NCBI GenBank assembly: GCA_030591505.1
Contig: JAUVAY010000003.1
Location: 1-43,916, forward strand
Length of the DNA stretch: 43,916 bases
From: Flavobacteriales bacterium
GTDB taxonomy: Bacteria > Bacteroidota > Bacteroidia > Flavobacteriales_D > JAHECK01
Reading direction: 5' to 3'
The position numbers were made by a program, and so were the translations under genes. The notes beneath the pieces were generated by a model. The model was given only the letters and a program-made list of their open reading frames with translations. It did no database searches and was not told where the DNA came from. Below, one piece after another: positions 34,764-43,916 of the stretch. The first letter of the stretch is position 1; the number at the start of each line of letters is the position of its first letter.

Positions 34764-34972
34764 TGCTTTTTTTGTACCCAAAAATCCTCTCAAGCGAGCT
34801 TGGTTACTTCGTAATTAATCATTCGTAATTCGTAATTGAAAGGATTACTCCCTGCGGTCGTGATCCTTTAACGCTCTGAAATCTATCATAAAAACCCAAT
34901 GCTACGCATTGCTTTTTTTGTACCCAAAAATCCCCTCAAGCGAGCTTGGAGGGGTTTTTGGGTACAAAAAAA
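34764..34972. repeat. 40-bp direct repeat whose second copy forms a ~60-nt hairpin, with CGTAATT heptamers between the copies
   Basis: TGCTTTTTTTGTACCCAAAAATCCYCTCAAGCGAGCTTGG at 34764-34803 and 34910-34949; inverted repeat at 34913-34972; heptamers at 34810-34837. Confidence 0.8.
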
Positions 34973-34996
34973 CCCTGAGGTTCCCTCAGGGTTTTT
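34966..34996 (-). terminator. Terminator downstream of tRNA-Arg
   Basis: AAAAAAACCCTGAGG-TTC-CCTCAGGGTTTTT. Confidence 0.75.
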
Positions 34997-35006
34997 ATCA
35001 CTTTAG

Positions 35007-35080
35007 TGAGCCCGAAAGGATTCGAACCTTTGACCGCCTCCTTAGAAGGGAGGTGCTCTATCCAGCTGAGCTACGAGCCC
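35007..35080 (-). tRNA. tRNA-Arg (TCT)
   Basis: GGGCTCGTAGCTCAGCTGGATAGAGCACCTCCC-TTCTAA-GGAGGCGGTCAAAGGTTCGAATCCTTTCGGGCTCA; cloverleaf, CCA not encoded. Confidence 0.97.
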
Positions 35081-35117
35081 TCAGTAAATTTCTAGTTTGA
35101 TAAATATAATATCAATC

Positions 35118-35152
35118 AAAAAAAAAGTCAACGCTGAGTTGACTTTTTTTTT
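35118..35152 (-). terminator. Terminator-like hairpin between tRNA-Pro and tRNA-Arg
   Basis: A-run-GTCAAC-GCTGA-GTTGAC-T-run. Confidence 0.65.
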
Positions 35153-35153
35153 G

Positions 35154-35228
35154 TCGGGGTGGCAGGATTCGAACCTGCGACCTCCTGCTCCCAAAGCAGG
35201 CGCGATAACCGGGCTACGCTACACCCCG
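35154..35228 (-). tRNA. tRNA-Pro (TGG)
   Basis: CGGGGTGTAGCGTAGCCCGGTTATCGCGCCTGCT-TTGGGA-GCAGGAGGTCGCAGGTTCGAATCCTGCCACCCCGA. Confidence 0.97.
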
Positions 35229-35334
35229 AATGAAGTTCACTTAAGACCAATGAAATCATCGAACTTTCTCAAATTCAATATGACCATTTTTAACTACTTA
35301 AAGAACAAAAAACCGCTCTCCTAAAAGAGCGGTG

Positions 35335-35365
35335 CAAAAGTATCATTAAAATTTATTCCCCCAAA
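35335..35365 (-). promoter_or_regulatory. Bacteroidota sigma-70 promoter for the tRNA genes
   Basis: Minus strand TTTG (35365-35362), 19-nt spacer, TACTTTTG (35342-35335). Confidence 0.7.
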
Positions 35366-35376
35366 CAATTTTTTAA

Positions 35377-36201
35377 TTAAATCAAAGAAGATCTAATCTT
35401 TCCAATTTCGTCGTTTAAAGCCTTAATATCTTCAAGGTTTAATTTGCTCTTTTCTGTGATTTTTTTAACTATCGGTTCTAAAGTCTTATAATCTTCATAA
35501 ATCTTCTTCGCATCTGCATCATCACCAAAAACATTTAACATCTTCAATACTGATTCGTAATTATAAACCAATACCCAGAAGTCTGAAAGATCTACAGGGT
35601 TGATCTCATGATCAAGAATGATCTTACTCGTTAAATAAACACTTTCTATCCAACCTCCAGATATCATAAATGTACCCATCAATGCACGCTCTTCACTATA
35701 CATTTGATCCTCCGCATTTCTAAAGGCCTTAGAAATTAAATTCGACTTCTCTATTAGGTTTAAAGTATCAGCCGTTGAAACGATCTTCTCAAAAGATTCT
35801 TTGTCGAATGCACTCTCAATCCCTAACGAAGATGATAATTTAGATATAGCTTCAACCGTTTTTCTAGCATCTTCTGTTTGCTCAAAAACCGTAAGATAAT
35901 TAAGGTCTGCACCATAAATACCCATATTCACGCTTTTATCAAAGCTACTACTGTACTTCGATGCATTACTAGCTGAATTCACTAGAGATTTATTATATTC
36001 TCCACCTCTCGACTTTAATAACAGGTAAAATCCGCTTGTTTCTTTAATGTTTCCACGAATGGTTAAGGTCTGTCTTGTATAATCTACTGATAAAGAATCA
36101 GAACGATCATAATCATAGGTTTTACCAACCTCATCTTCGCCACCACAAGACGTTAAAATTAGTGCCACACCAGATGCTAATGTGAAAAATATATTCTTCA
36201 T
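35377..36201 (-). CDS. Hypothetical helical lipoprotein
   Basis: Lipobox ILTS-C; conserved-looking NMGIYGADLNY and GGWIESVY segments. Confidence 0.8.
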   Translation of the reverse strand: MKNIFFTLASGVALILTSCGGEDEVGKTYDYDRSDSLSVDYTRQTLTIRGNIKETSGFYLLLKSRGGEYNKSLVNSASNASKYSSSFDKSVNMGIYGADLNYLTVFEQTEDARKTVEAISKLSSSLGIESAFDKESFEKIVSTADTLNLIEKSNLISKAFRNAEDQMYSEERALMGTFMISGGWIESVYLTSKIILDHEINPVDLSDFWVLVYNYESVLKMLNVFGDDADAKKIYEDYKTLEPIVKKITEKSKLNLEDIKALNDEIGKIRSSLI

Positions 36202-36318
36202 AACTATAGTTTGTATTTACTGTCAAAATTAATTTAATTTCAATTAATTTAAGTTTCCTAAGCAAAACTTACAAATATTAAATGTTCATAAACTATATTT
36301 GCGCAACTTAAGATATTG

Positions 36319-36864
36319 ATGACTTCAAATATCATACTCGATCCCATCCAATTTCATCTAACGGTTTCTCGTCTTTGCTATGAGTTGATCGAAAATCACG
36401 ACGACTTCAGTGAGTCTGTTATTATCGGTCTCCAACCAAGAGGAATCTACTTAGTAAAACGAATTAAATCTGAATTAAACAGAATACTTGGTGAAGTTGA
36501 TATTCCTGTCGGAACGCTTGATATTACTTTCTATCGTGATGACTTTAGAAGAAGGGATATTCCTATTGCCGCTAATAAAACAGAAATCGATTTTATCATC
36601 GAAGACAAGAATGTAATCCTTGTCGACGATGTATTTTATACAGGAAGAAGCCTGCGGGCAGGACTCGATGCAATGCTTGCTTTTGGTCGGCCAAAACAAG
36701 TAGAGATGCTGACTTTAATAGAGCGGAAATACAGTCGCCATTTTCCACTTCAACCTGACTACATTGGACGATCGGTAGATTCTTTATCTTCTCAGCGTGT
36801 GGAAGTTGAATGGAAAGAATTAAACGGAAAAGATTTGGTTAAACTTTATACAATTGACGCATAA
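36319..36864 (+). CDS. pyrR: Bifunctional pyr regulator / uracil phosphoribosyltransferase
   Basis: LDITFYRDDF, VILVDDVFYTGRS, GRP, PLQPDYIG; TATATTTG promoter element at 36294-36301. Confidence 0.95.
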   Translation: MTSNIILDPIQFHLTVSRLCYELIENHDDFSESVIIGLQPRGIYLVKRIKSELNRILGEVDIPVGTLDITFYRDDFRRRDIPIAANKTEIDFIIEDKNVILVDDVFYTGRSLRAGLDAMLAFGRPKQVEMLTLIERKYSRHFPLQPDYIGRSVDSLSSQRVEVEWKELNGKDLVKLYTIDA

Positions 36865-36865
36865 G

Positions 36866-37798
36866 ATGAGTGAGTTGAGCGTAGATCATTTACTAGGAAT
36901 AAAACAGATCACCAAAGAGGATATTGAACTTATATTCAAAACAACCGATCATTTTAAAGATGTGATCAACCGACCTATTAAAAAGGTTCCTTCTTTACGT
37001 GATATTACCATTGCCAACCTCTTTTTCGAAAACTCTACACGAACACGAATTTCATTCGAATTAGCAGAAAAAAGACTTTCTGCTGACATTATCAACTTTT
37101 CTGCATCCTCCAGCTCTGTAAAGAAAGGAGAAACTCTGATCGACACGGTGAATAACATCCTTTCGATGAAAGTGGATATGATAGTAATGAGGCACCCAGA
37201 ACCTGGAGCAGCTGTCTTTCTCTCAAAACATATCAATAGTAGAATAATAAATGCAGGCGATGGCACCCATGAACATCCAACACAGGCTTTGCTCGATTCC
37301 TATTCAATTCGAGAAAAACTAGGAGATGTAAAAGGGAAAAAAGTTCTTATCGTAGGCGATATTATTCACTCCAGAGTGGCACTATCAAATATCTACGCAC
37401 TTAATATGCAAGGTGCGAAAGTTTGTGTTTGCGGACCTCCTACACTTATCCCAAAGCACATTAAAGAATTGGGAGTTGAAGTAGAATACGATCTAAAAAA
37501 AGGATTGGAATGGTGCGACGTCGCAATGATGCTCCGAATCCAAATGGAAAGGCAAAATGAACGCTTATTTCCTTCCTTAAGAGAATATGCAATGCTCTAT
37601 GGATTAAACAAAGAACTCCTCGATTCAATAAAGAAAGAAATTATTGTAATGCATCCGGGTCCAATAAATAGAGGTGTGGAAATTACAAGTGATGTAGTCG
37701 ACAGCAAACACGCTATCATACTCGATCAAGTGGAAAATGGAGTGGCAATTCGTATGGCTATTTTATACCTACTTGCAAGTAAAATAGAAAGGGCTTGA
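36866..37798 (+). CDS. pyrB: Aspartate carbamoyltransferase catalytic subunit
   Basis: FFENSTRTRISFE, NAGDGTHEHPTQ, LRIQMER, MHPGPINRGVEI. Confidence 0.97.
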   Translation: MSELSVDHLLGIKQITKEDIELIFKTTDHFKDVINRPIKKVPSLRDITIANLFFENSTRTRISFELAEKRLSADIINFSASSSSVKKGETLIDTVNNILSMKVDMIVMRHPEPGAAVFLSKHINSRIINAGDGTHEHPTQALLDSYSIREKLGDVKGKKVLIVGDIIHSRVALSNIYALNMQGAKVCVCGPPTLIPKHIKELGVEVEYDLKKGLEWCDVAMMLRIQMERQNERLFPSLREYAMLYGLNKELLDSIKKEIIVMHPGPINRGVEITSDVVDSKHAIILDQVENGVAIRMAILYLLASKIERA

Positions 37799-37847
37799 TT
37801 TTTTTCTATTTTTGTTAGAATTAATTTCCTCAATAGAAAGAACAACT

Positions 37848-38219
37848 ATGAACTTTACGATCAGCAATAAAGAAAAACATCAATTGGTCACAAGCAACAT
37901 CGAGAATTTAAATTCGGTCGTTTCTACTGAATTGAAATCCGAGCTTGTCGTTACTGTTAAAGAAGGCAACAAGAATCTTATTCTTGACCTTTCGAAAACT
38001 GTGTATGCAGATTCATCTGGCCTTAGCGGAATTTTATTAGGGAATAGACTCTGCCGCGATGCAAATGGAACTTTTGTTCTTACAGGCTTGAACGAACATA
38101 TCAGTAAGCTTATTGAAATAGCTCAGTTAGATAGAGTTCTTAATATTACACCTACAGTACAAGAAGCTGTTGATTTGATCTTTATGGAAGAGATCGAACG
38201 GAATTTAGGCGAAGAATAA
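37848..38219 (+). CDS. STAS-domain protein (anti-sigma factor antagonist)
   Basis: LILDLSKTVYADSSGLSGIL motif; TATTTTTG at 37807-37814 favours the ATG at 37848. Confidence 0.9.
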   Translation: MNFTISNKEKHQLVTSNIENLNSVVSTELKSELVVTVKEGNKNLILDLSKTVYADSSGLSGILLGNRLCRDANGTFVLTGLNEHISKLIEIAQLDRVLNITPTVQEAVDLIFMEEIERNLGEE

Positions 38220-38220
38220 A

Positions 38221-39156
38221 ATGAGCCTCACCTTTGAACTTACAATTCTAGGTACCGGTTCAGCAACTCCAACATTACGAAGAAATCCAAGTGCGCAAGT
38301 ATTAAATGTACGCGAAAAGCTATATTTGATCGATTGCGGTGAAGGAACGCAGATCGCCTTGAGAAAGAATAAGATAAAGTTTCAAAGCATTGAGTGCGTC
38401 TTTATTTCTCACCTTCATGGTGATCATTATCTTGGACTTCAGGGTTTACTCTCTACTTTCGGGCTACTCGGACGACAAAAAGAGCTTCATATTTATTCTC
38501 CTCCTGGACTAGAGAAAATAACTCAACTGCAATTTGAACTTTCAGGATCTAAAGCTACCTACCCTATTCACTTCCATGAATTAACTATGGATGTCCATGA
38601 AAATATAGTTGAAAATGATCACTTAAATATTACCGCTTTTCCACTAAAACATAGGGTTCCTACCTATGGTTTTTTATTTAAAGAGAAAAAGAAATTAAGA
38701 CATATAAATGGGCGGGTTACAAAAGAACTCAGTATCCCTCATTATGCATTTGATAAATTAAAAAAGGGCGAAGATTTTATTCATCCAGAAAGCGGTGAGC
38801 TGTTTTCTTATAAAGCACTAACCCTTCCTGCCGATCCTTCTTTCTCTTATGCCTACTGCTCAGACACTGCTTATATGCAAAAACTGAAATCAATTATTAA
38901 AGGTGTGGATCTTCTTTATCATGAAAGTACATTTTTGCATAAAGATGTCATATTAGCTAGGAAAACCAAGCACTCTACCGCCCAACAAGCTGCTACTTTA
39001 GCTAAAGAAGCTGAAGTGAAAAAACTGCTTTTAGGTCATTATAGTTCAAGGTATCCATCTCTTAAACTACTACTTGAAGAAGCTAAATCAATTTTTGATA
39101 ATACAATACTTACTGATGACGGAGACGTGTTTAGTCTGTCAAAATCTGACATTTAG
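38221..39156 (+). CDS. rnz: Ribonuclease Z
   Basis: LGTGSATP, DCGEGTQ, SHLHGDH, YCSDT, HESTF, HST, GHYSSRY. Confidence 0.96.
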   Translation: MSLTFELTILGTGSATPTLRRNPSAQVLNVREKLYLIDCGEGTQIALRKNKIKFQSIECVFISHLHGDHYLGLQGLLSTFGLLGRQKELHIYSPPGLEKITQLQFELSGSKATYPIHFHELTMDVHENIVENDHLNITAFPLKHRVPTYGFLFKEKKKLRHINGRVTKELSIPHYAFDKLKKGEDFIHPESGELFSYKALTLPADPSFSYAYCSDTAYMQKLKSIIKGVDLLYHESTFLHKDVILARKTKHSTAQQAATLAKEAEVKKLLLGHYSSRYPSLKLLLEEAKSIFDNTILTDDGDVFSLSKSDI

Positions 39157-39377
39157 CTTTTTTTAAGATAAATCTTACATGAATTATTAAAAAAATCAAC
39201 GTTATTTGCCGCAATTATCAGAAGTAGGTAATAAGTTGCATGTTTTTTCTGTTAAAAATTTCAAAATAGCATGCAGTAGTTTAGTAAAGAAGTACTTAAA
39301 GAAGGGTTATGTAATATAACGCATTGTAGTAGTTCTTTCATTTATAGAGATTTGAATATAAAAAGAAACGATTAAAT

Positions 39378-39602
39378 ATGGGAAGACCATCAACAAAACC
39401 GGCGAAGCTAAAAGATGGTTACTATTTAGAACTTAGAAACAAAGGAGCTTCAAGCGGAATTAGAATCCAACGTGATACTAAAGAGCAAGTTGAATTTGCA
39501 ATTAAAGATTACCAGAAGACAAAAGAAGTGATTTTCTTAGGTCATGTTATCAATGGTAAATACGTTACAGAAAAGAAAGCGAAAAAAGCAAATAAAAAAT
39601 AA
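39378..39602 (+). CDS. Small basic hypothetical protein
   Basis: MGRPSTKPAKLKDGYYLELRNKG..., 74 aa, followed by its own terminator. Confidence 0.75.
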   Translation: MGRPSTKPAKLKDGYYLELRNKGASSGIRIQRDTKEQVEFAIKDYQKTKEVIFLGHVINGKYVTEKKAKKANKK

Positions 39603-39620
39603 TCAAATAGTATTTATTTG

Positions 39621-39652
39621 AACCCTGACATTTATGGTCAGGGTTTTTTTTT
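39621..39652 (+). terminator. Intrinsic terminator
   Basis: AACCCTGAC-ATTTATG-GTCAGGGTT plus T-run. Confidence 0.8.
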
Positions 39653-39687
39653 GAATAAATAAAATATCTTTGCTAAAATTTCCAGGC

Positions 39688-40248
39688 GTGCATTCAGATC
39701 TCTCGACTATCATTGATACCCTCAAAAATGCAGGGACAATCGTATATCCAACAGATACTATCTGGGGTCTAGGTTGTGATGCTAGGAATGAAGAAGCGGT
39801 GGCAAAGATCTTCTCCATAAAAAAAAGGAAGAAGAATTCGCCCCTTATCGTACTCCTACACGACGAAAATCAACTTTTTGATTATGTAAAAGAAATTCCG
39901 GATGTAGCTTTCGATCTAATAGAGCTAAGTACAAACCCCTTGACCATCATTTTTGAAAATGGAAAAAATGTAGCGCCAAGTATTTTAGGAGATGATGGAT
40001 CGATCGCTATTAGATTATGTACGGATGCTTCCTGCCTTCAACTTTTAAGAAAATGGAGAAAACCTTTGGTTTCAACTTCTGTTAATATTAGTGGTGAAAC
40101 AGCGGCACTTTCTTTAAATGATATAAGCCCGGAGATCTTAGATAAGGTTGATGCGATTTATAATGCTGACTATATTATAAACGCTAGCAGCCCTTCTCAA
40201 ATTATTAAGCTCGACGCAAACGGTAGCGTTTCAATTATTCGCAAATAG
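39688..40248 (+). CDS. tsaC: L-threonylcarbamoyladenylate synthase (Sua5/YrdC)
   Basis: YPTDTIWGLGCDA, IKKR, PLVSTSVNISG. TATCTTTG promoter element (39665-39672) overlaps the track's TTG start, so the GTG at 39688 is preferred. Confidence 0.92.
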   Translation: MHSDLSTIIDTLKNAGTIVYPTDTIWGLGCDARNEEAVAKIFSIKKRKKNSPLIVLLHDENQLFDYVKEIPDVAFDLIELSTNPLTIIFENGKNVAPSILGDDGSIAIRLCTDASCLQLLRKWRKPLVSTSVNISGETAALSLNDISPEILDKVDAIYNADYIINASSPSQIIKLDANGSVSIIRK

Positions 40249-40252
40249 CATA

Positions 40253-41668
40253 ATGAATATCCTCAAATCTATCGATATAGCTCTATTTAAAACCATTGGT
40301 GGCCTTGCAAAAGAGTTAAAACTACCTGTTTATATAGTAGGAGGATGGGTAAGAGACCAACTTTTAGATCGCCCTTCTAAAGATATTGACTTTTTAGTGA
40401 TCGGCGATGGACTCCTATTTGCTGAAAGCTTAGCAAAAAAACTAGGTGGCGCTAAAGTAAGTTTGTTTAAAACCTATGGCACAGCAAGTATTAAATACAA
40501 GGATTTTGAATTAGAATTTGTTGGAGCGCGTAAAGAGTCTTACTCAAAAGACTCGCGAAACCCACTGGTTGAGACCGGAACTTTCGAAGATGATCTTGAT
40601 CGCAGAGATTTTACTATCAATGCATTGGCAATAAGTTTGAATGAGGAAAATTATGGTGAATTGATAGATCGTTTTAAGGGACAAAACGATTTAAGCGATA
40701 AGATAATAAGAACACCTCTTGATGCTGATATCACGTATAGCGACGACCCTTTAAGAATGATGCGGGCCATTCGTTTTGCTACACAATTATCTTTTAAGAT
40801 TGAAAAAGAGTCTTTTCAATCAATTGTAAAAAATGCCGATAGGATCAATATCATTTCTAAAGAACGCATTAGTAGCGAACTAAATAAGATCATCCTCTCT
40901 TCAAAACCTTCTTATGGTTTTATGCTCCTCGATCAAAGTGGACTTCTAGAGATCATTTTTCCGGAGATGACCAAGTTAAAAGGGATCGATAAGAAAAACG
41001 GAATTACACATAAAGATAATTTCCTTCATACTATTCAGGTGCTGGATAATATATCAGAAAACACCAATGACTTATGGCTTCGTTGGGCAGCTATTCTACA
41101 CGATATTGCAAAACCAGCCACTAAAAGGTTTGACCCTAAAATCGGGTGGACCTTTCATGGACATGAAGATAAGGGTGCTCGAATGGTGTCAAAGATCTTT
41201 AAAAGATTGAAGCTTCCTCTCGATCATAAAATGAAATTTGTTGAGAAAATGGTCTTTTTACATTTGCGGCCCATCGCGTTAACAAAAGATGAAGCTACTG
41301 ACTCAGCATTGAGAAGACTCCTTTTTGAAGCGGGTGAGGACATCGATAAATTGATGCTTCTTTGTAAGGCTGATATTACTTCAAAGAATGAGGCAAAGGT
41401 TAAAAAATACCTTAAAAATTATGAAAAGGTAAAATTGCGACTCGTAGAGGTTGAAGAAAAAGATCATTTACGTAATTGGCAGCCACCTATAAGTGGAGAA
41501 GAAATAATGAGCACCTTCGATTTAAAACCATCGAAAGAAGTAGGTATGATCAAAAATGCGATCAGAGAAGCAATTATTGATGGGATTATGGAGAATAATT
41601 ATAAGGAAGCCTTTGAGTATATGATCAATAAAGGGAAGGAATTGGGCTTGACTCATAAGTCAAAATAA
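40253..41668 (+). CDS. cca: CCA-adding tRNA nucleotidyltransferase with HD domain
   Basis: VGGWVRD, DIDF, RRDFTINA, DDPLRMMRAIRF, LHDIAKP, FHGHE. Confidence 0.93.
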   Translation: MNILKSIDIALFKTIGGLAKELKLPVYIVGGWVRDQLLDRPSKDIDFLVIGDGLLFAESLAKKLGGAKVSLFKTYGTASIKYKDFELEFVGARKESYSKDSRNPLVETGTFEDDLDRRDFTINALAISLNEENYGELIDRFKGQNDLSDKIIRTPLDADITYSDDPLRMMRAIRFATQLSFKIEKESFQSIVKNADRINIISKERISSELNKIILSSKPSYGFMLLDQSGLLEIIFPEMTKLKGIDKKNGITHKDNFLHTIQVLDNISENTNDLWLRWAAILHDIAKPATKRFDPKIGWTFHGHEDKGARMVSKIFKRLKLPLDHKMKFVEKMVFLHLRPIALTKDEATDSALRRLLFEAGEDIDKLMLLCKADITSKNEAKVKKYLKNYEKVKLRLVEVEEKDHLRNWQPPISGEEIMSTFDLKPSKEVGMIKNAIREAIIDGIMENNYKEAFEYMINKGKELGLTHKSK

Positions 41669-41722
41669 TGCAGATAAAATTACACCTATTTACTACCTTT
41701 GCAGCAAAACAATATTAAGAAA

Positions 41723-42262
41723 ATGCTATATACATTTAGGGTTCTCATCGACTACGAAAAGGATGTTTTTAGAGATATCACTTGTCGTCAAGATCAATCT
41801 TTTGCAATGTTGAATAATGCAATTATAGAGGCCTTTGATTTTAGCGGAGACCAAATGTCATCTTTTTATATGAGTAATGACGATTGGGACAAAGGGGAAG
41901 AGATCGTTCAGTTCAACATGGGTGATGAAGATGAATTGAAAAGCATGGAGTCGACTTTATTGAAAGACATGATCAAGGATAATGATCAAAAAATTCTATT
42001 TATCTACGACTTTTTGAAATTATGGATCTTTTACATCGAATTAATTTCAATAAGTGAAGAGAAAGAAGGCGATTATCCTCAAATAACTTCCAGATTAGGT
42101 ATTTCTCCAAAGGAGGATGAAAAATCGGCTGATTTCGAAATGCCACAAGATCATATTGGTGAGGATGCTGAATTAGACCCCGAATTAAGAGATCTCTTAG
42201 GAGGAAACGATGATGATGAACCCGATTATATAGATCCTAATGACCTCTCCAACTTCTACTAA
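41723..42262 (+). CDS. pRiA4b ORF-3-like (IS1096 passenger TnpR-like) conserved protein
   Basis: YTFRV, VFRDI, AIIEAFDF, SSFYMSNDDW, FIYDFL..W, acidic tail; TACCTTTG at 41694-41701 supports the ATG at 41723. Confidence 0.8.
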   Translation: MLYTFRVLIDYEKDVFRDITCRQDQSFAMLNNAIIEAFDFSGDQMSSFYMSNDDWDKGEEIVQFNMGDEDELKSMESTLLKDMIKDNDQKILFIYDFLKLWIFYIELISISEEKEGDYPQITSRLGISPKEDEKSADFEMPQDHIGEDAELDPELRDLLGGNDDDEPDYIDPNDLSNFY

Positions 42263-43151
42263 ATTATTGGTTATAGTCGATGGTCCAACCGCTTCAGGAA
42301 AAACAAAAGTAGGAGTCGACTTAGCTAAATATTATAAATCGGAAGTTATTTCGGCCGACAGTAGACAGTTTTATAAAGAACTTAAAATTGGAACTGCTCG
42401 ACCTGATAGTGAAGAATTAGAGGGAGTTTCCCATCATTTTCTTGGGCATGCCTCCATTCATGATGAGATCAATGCCGGAAAATTTGAGAAAGAAGCTGCG
42501 GCTGTAATCGATCAACTTTTTAAAAAACATAACATTCTTTTTGTTGTAGGAGGTTCCGGTTTTTATATCGATGCCTTGCTTTTTGGAATAGACGACATCC
42601 CTCCTATTCTTCCTGAAGTGCGTGAGAAAATGATCCATGAATATGAGAAGAGAGGATTGGAGCATATTCAAGGTTTATTAAAAGCACTTGATCCAAAATT
42701 GTACGAGTCTATTGATATCCAAAATCCAAAGCGAATTATCCGGGGACTGGAAGTGAATTACCAAACTGGAAAGAAATTATCCGATCTACAACTAAACAAT
42801 AAAAAGGCAAAATGGCCTTATTTAAGAATTGGATTGGAATGGGATAGAGAAGAATTGTATGCAAGAATAAACCAACGTGTTGATCTGATGATGGAGAATG
42901 GATTGAAAAATGAAGCGTTGGGGCTGAAAAAACATAAAGATCTCAATGCCTTAAGAACGGTTGGCTATTCTGAGCTATTTTGTCATTTTGACGGAGATTA
43001 TGACCTTGAAAAAGCCGTTGATCTAATAAAACAAAATACGCGTAGGTACGCAAAGAGACAGCTAACATGGCTACGAAATCAAACGGATACAATATGGTTA
43101 CTTCCAACTGCACTCTCTGAAATGAAGACGCTTATTGATAACAAATTATAA
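42240..43151 (+). CDS. miaA: tRNA dimethylallyltransferase
   Basis: GPTASGKT, SADSRQFY, IGTARP, VGGSGFY, TVGYSE, TRRYAKRQLTW. Confidence 0.96.
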   Translation: MTSPTSTKLLVIVDGPTASGKTKVGVDLAKYYKSEVISADSRQFYKELKIGTARPDSEELEGVSHHFLGHASIHDEINAGKFEKEAAAVIDQLFKKHNILFVVGGSGFYIDALLFGIDDIPPILPEVREKMIHEYEKRGLEHIQGLLKALDPKLYESIDIQNPKRIIRGLEVNYQTGKKLSDLQLNNKKAKWPYLRIGLEWDREELYARINQRVDLMMENGLKNEALGLKKHKDLNALRTVGYSELFCHFDGDYDLEKAVDLIKQNTRRYAKRQLTWLRNQTDTIWLLPTALSEMKTLIDNKL

Positions 43152-43326
43152 TTGGAATAAGCTTAGGTATTAGTGCTTTAATATTCCTAATGAAGCTAAA
43201 TTTTTATTATTCAAGATCTTTCTATTGATTTTTTTCAACATCTAATTCTTAATTTTTGGAGTTAAATAATTATAGCTTTTGTTGATTTTTACTTATATTT
43301 AGGCAAATCTATAAACTAATATTACG

Positions 43327-43916
43327 ATGAAAAAAATTTTACTATTGGCCGGTATTATGGCTATGGGTGTAGGAATGAACGCCCAAACAATGATTTCCGA
43401 AAATTTTGATGCTTATACAGCAGATGATTATCTCGGAACGCAATCAGATAACTTTACGACATGGACTGATTCTCCAGGAACAGCTGAAGATGCTTATATT
43501 ATTGACTCTGTTACGACAACAAGCGGAAGTAATTGCTTTGTTTTAACAAGTGGAAGTCAAGATGTTGTAGCAAAATTAGGAGCTTGGGAAAAAGGTTCTT
43601 TTGAAATCACCTTTAAATACATGGTAGGTGTTGGCTCTGGAGGTTATTTTAATTTCCAAAAATCAGAAACTCCTGGAGTACAATGGGGTGGAGAGTTTTA
43701 CTTCAGCGATGACAGTACAGGTTTTTTGACTTATCAAGGAACGGATTATCCATTTGTATTTAATAATGGAGAATGGACAAGTGTACGTGCATTGATCTCT
43801 CTTGATATGGATACTGCATTGGTATATATCAACGGTGAGTTGGTATTAGGTTACCAATGGAGTCCTGATGGTGGGCCTAATGGTGGTGCAGCTATGAATA
43901 CTTTAGGTGGAATTAA
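43327..43916 (+). CDS. Secreted beta-rich protein; runs off the right window edge (possible T9SS substrate)
   Basis: Manual translation MKKILLLAGIMAMGVGMNA-QTMISENFDAYTADDYLGTQSDNFTTW..., open to the window edge, LamG-like beta pattern. The C-terminal sorting domain is not visible. Confidence 0.7.
   Translation, partial: MKKILLLAGIMAMGVGMNAQTMISENFDAYTADDYLGTQSDNFTTWTDSPGTAEDAYIIDSVTTTSGSNCFVLTSGSQDVVAKLGAWEKGSFEITFKYMVGVGSGGYFNFQKSETPGVQWGGEFYFSDDSTGFLTYQGTDYPFVFNNGEWTSVRALISLDMDTALVYINGELVLGYQWSPDGGPNGGAAMNTLGGI

Noticed and set aside
34909-35324. ORFs 34909-35100 and 35097-35324
   Set aside because: Antisense translations of tRNA-Arg, tRNA-Pro and their terminators.
36202-36318. PyrR-binding attenuator upstream of pyrR-pyrB
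   Set aside because: The -7 promoter element lies only 17 nt before the start codon, leaving no room, and no terminator/antiterminator hairpins are visible.
41723-42262. Mobile element implied by the pRiA4b ORF-3 / IS1096 passenger family name
   Set aside because: It sits between cca and miaA in a housekeeping run, overlaps miaA, and has no transposase or terminal repeats.
388-42671. Numerous 60-107 aa ORFs antisense to, or out of frame within, long genes (e.g. 388-606, 3456-3683, 5445-5768, 13845-14075, 17052-17339, 27682-27870, 36949-37266, 42417-42671)
   Set aside because: They overlap well-supported genes and have no motifs or independent signals; they are shadow ORFs.

Overview
AT-rich chromosomal window from a Bacteroidota bacterium. 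The phylum call rests on TAnnTTTG -7 promoter elements, lipoproteins with Bacteroidota-style signals and the tsaC-cca-pRiA4b-miaA and pyrR-pyrB-STAS-rnz gene order. Both ends are housekeeping: an M16 peptidase pair, an NMO/FabK-like flavoprotein, tilS, pabB, lnt, padR-pspC, hutU and truA on the left, and tRNA-Arg, tRNA-Pro, pyrR, pyrB, rnz, tsaC, cca and miaA on the right. The middle (about 12.4-29.2 kb) is a redox and anaerobic-metabolism block. Its core is an 8-gene cluster (13891-20418) encoding an EB_dh/DOMON-type heme lipoprotein with a surface-export-like signal, a monoheme c lipoprotein, an outer-membrane beta-barrel, a small Tat protein, an NrfC-type Fe-S protein, an NrfD-type membrane protein, a membrane-anchored protein and a cytochrome c, with no molybdopterin catalytic subunit. 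A nearby hexaheme lipoprotein with a collagen-like stalk shares a perfect TGTGA-N6-TCACA operator with this cluster. Together they are a candidate quinol-to-cell-surface electron-transfer system. The window also holds an anaerobe-type etfB-etfA-acyl-CoA dehydrogenase operon, a highly structured non-coding region (24.8-25.4 kb), several short repeat families, and a small decaying island next to tRNA-Arg with nuclease-domain genes and two pseudogenes. All family assignments come from motif recognition by eye; no searches were run.
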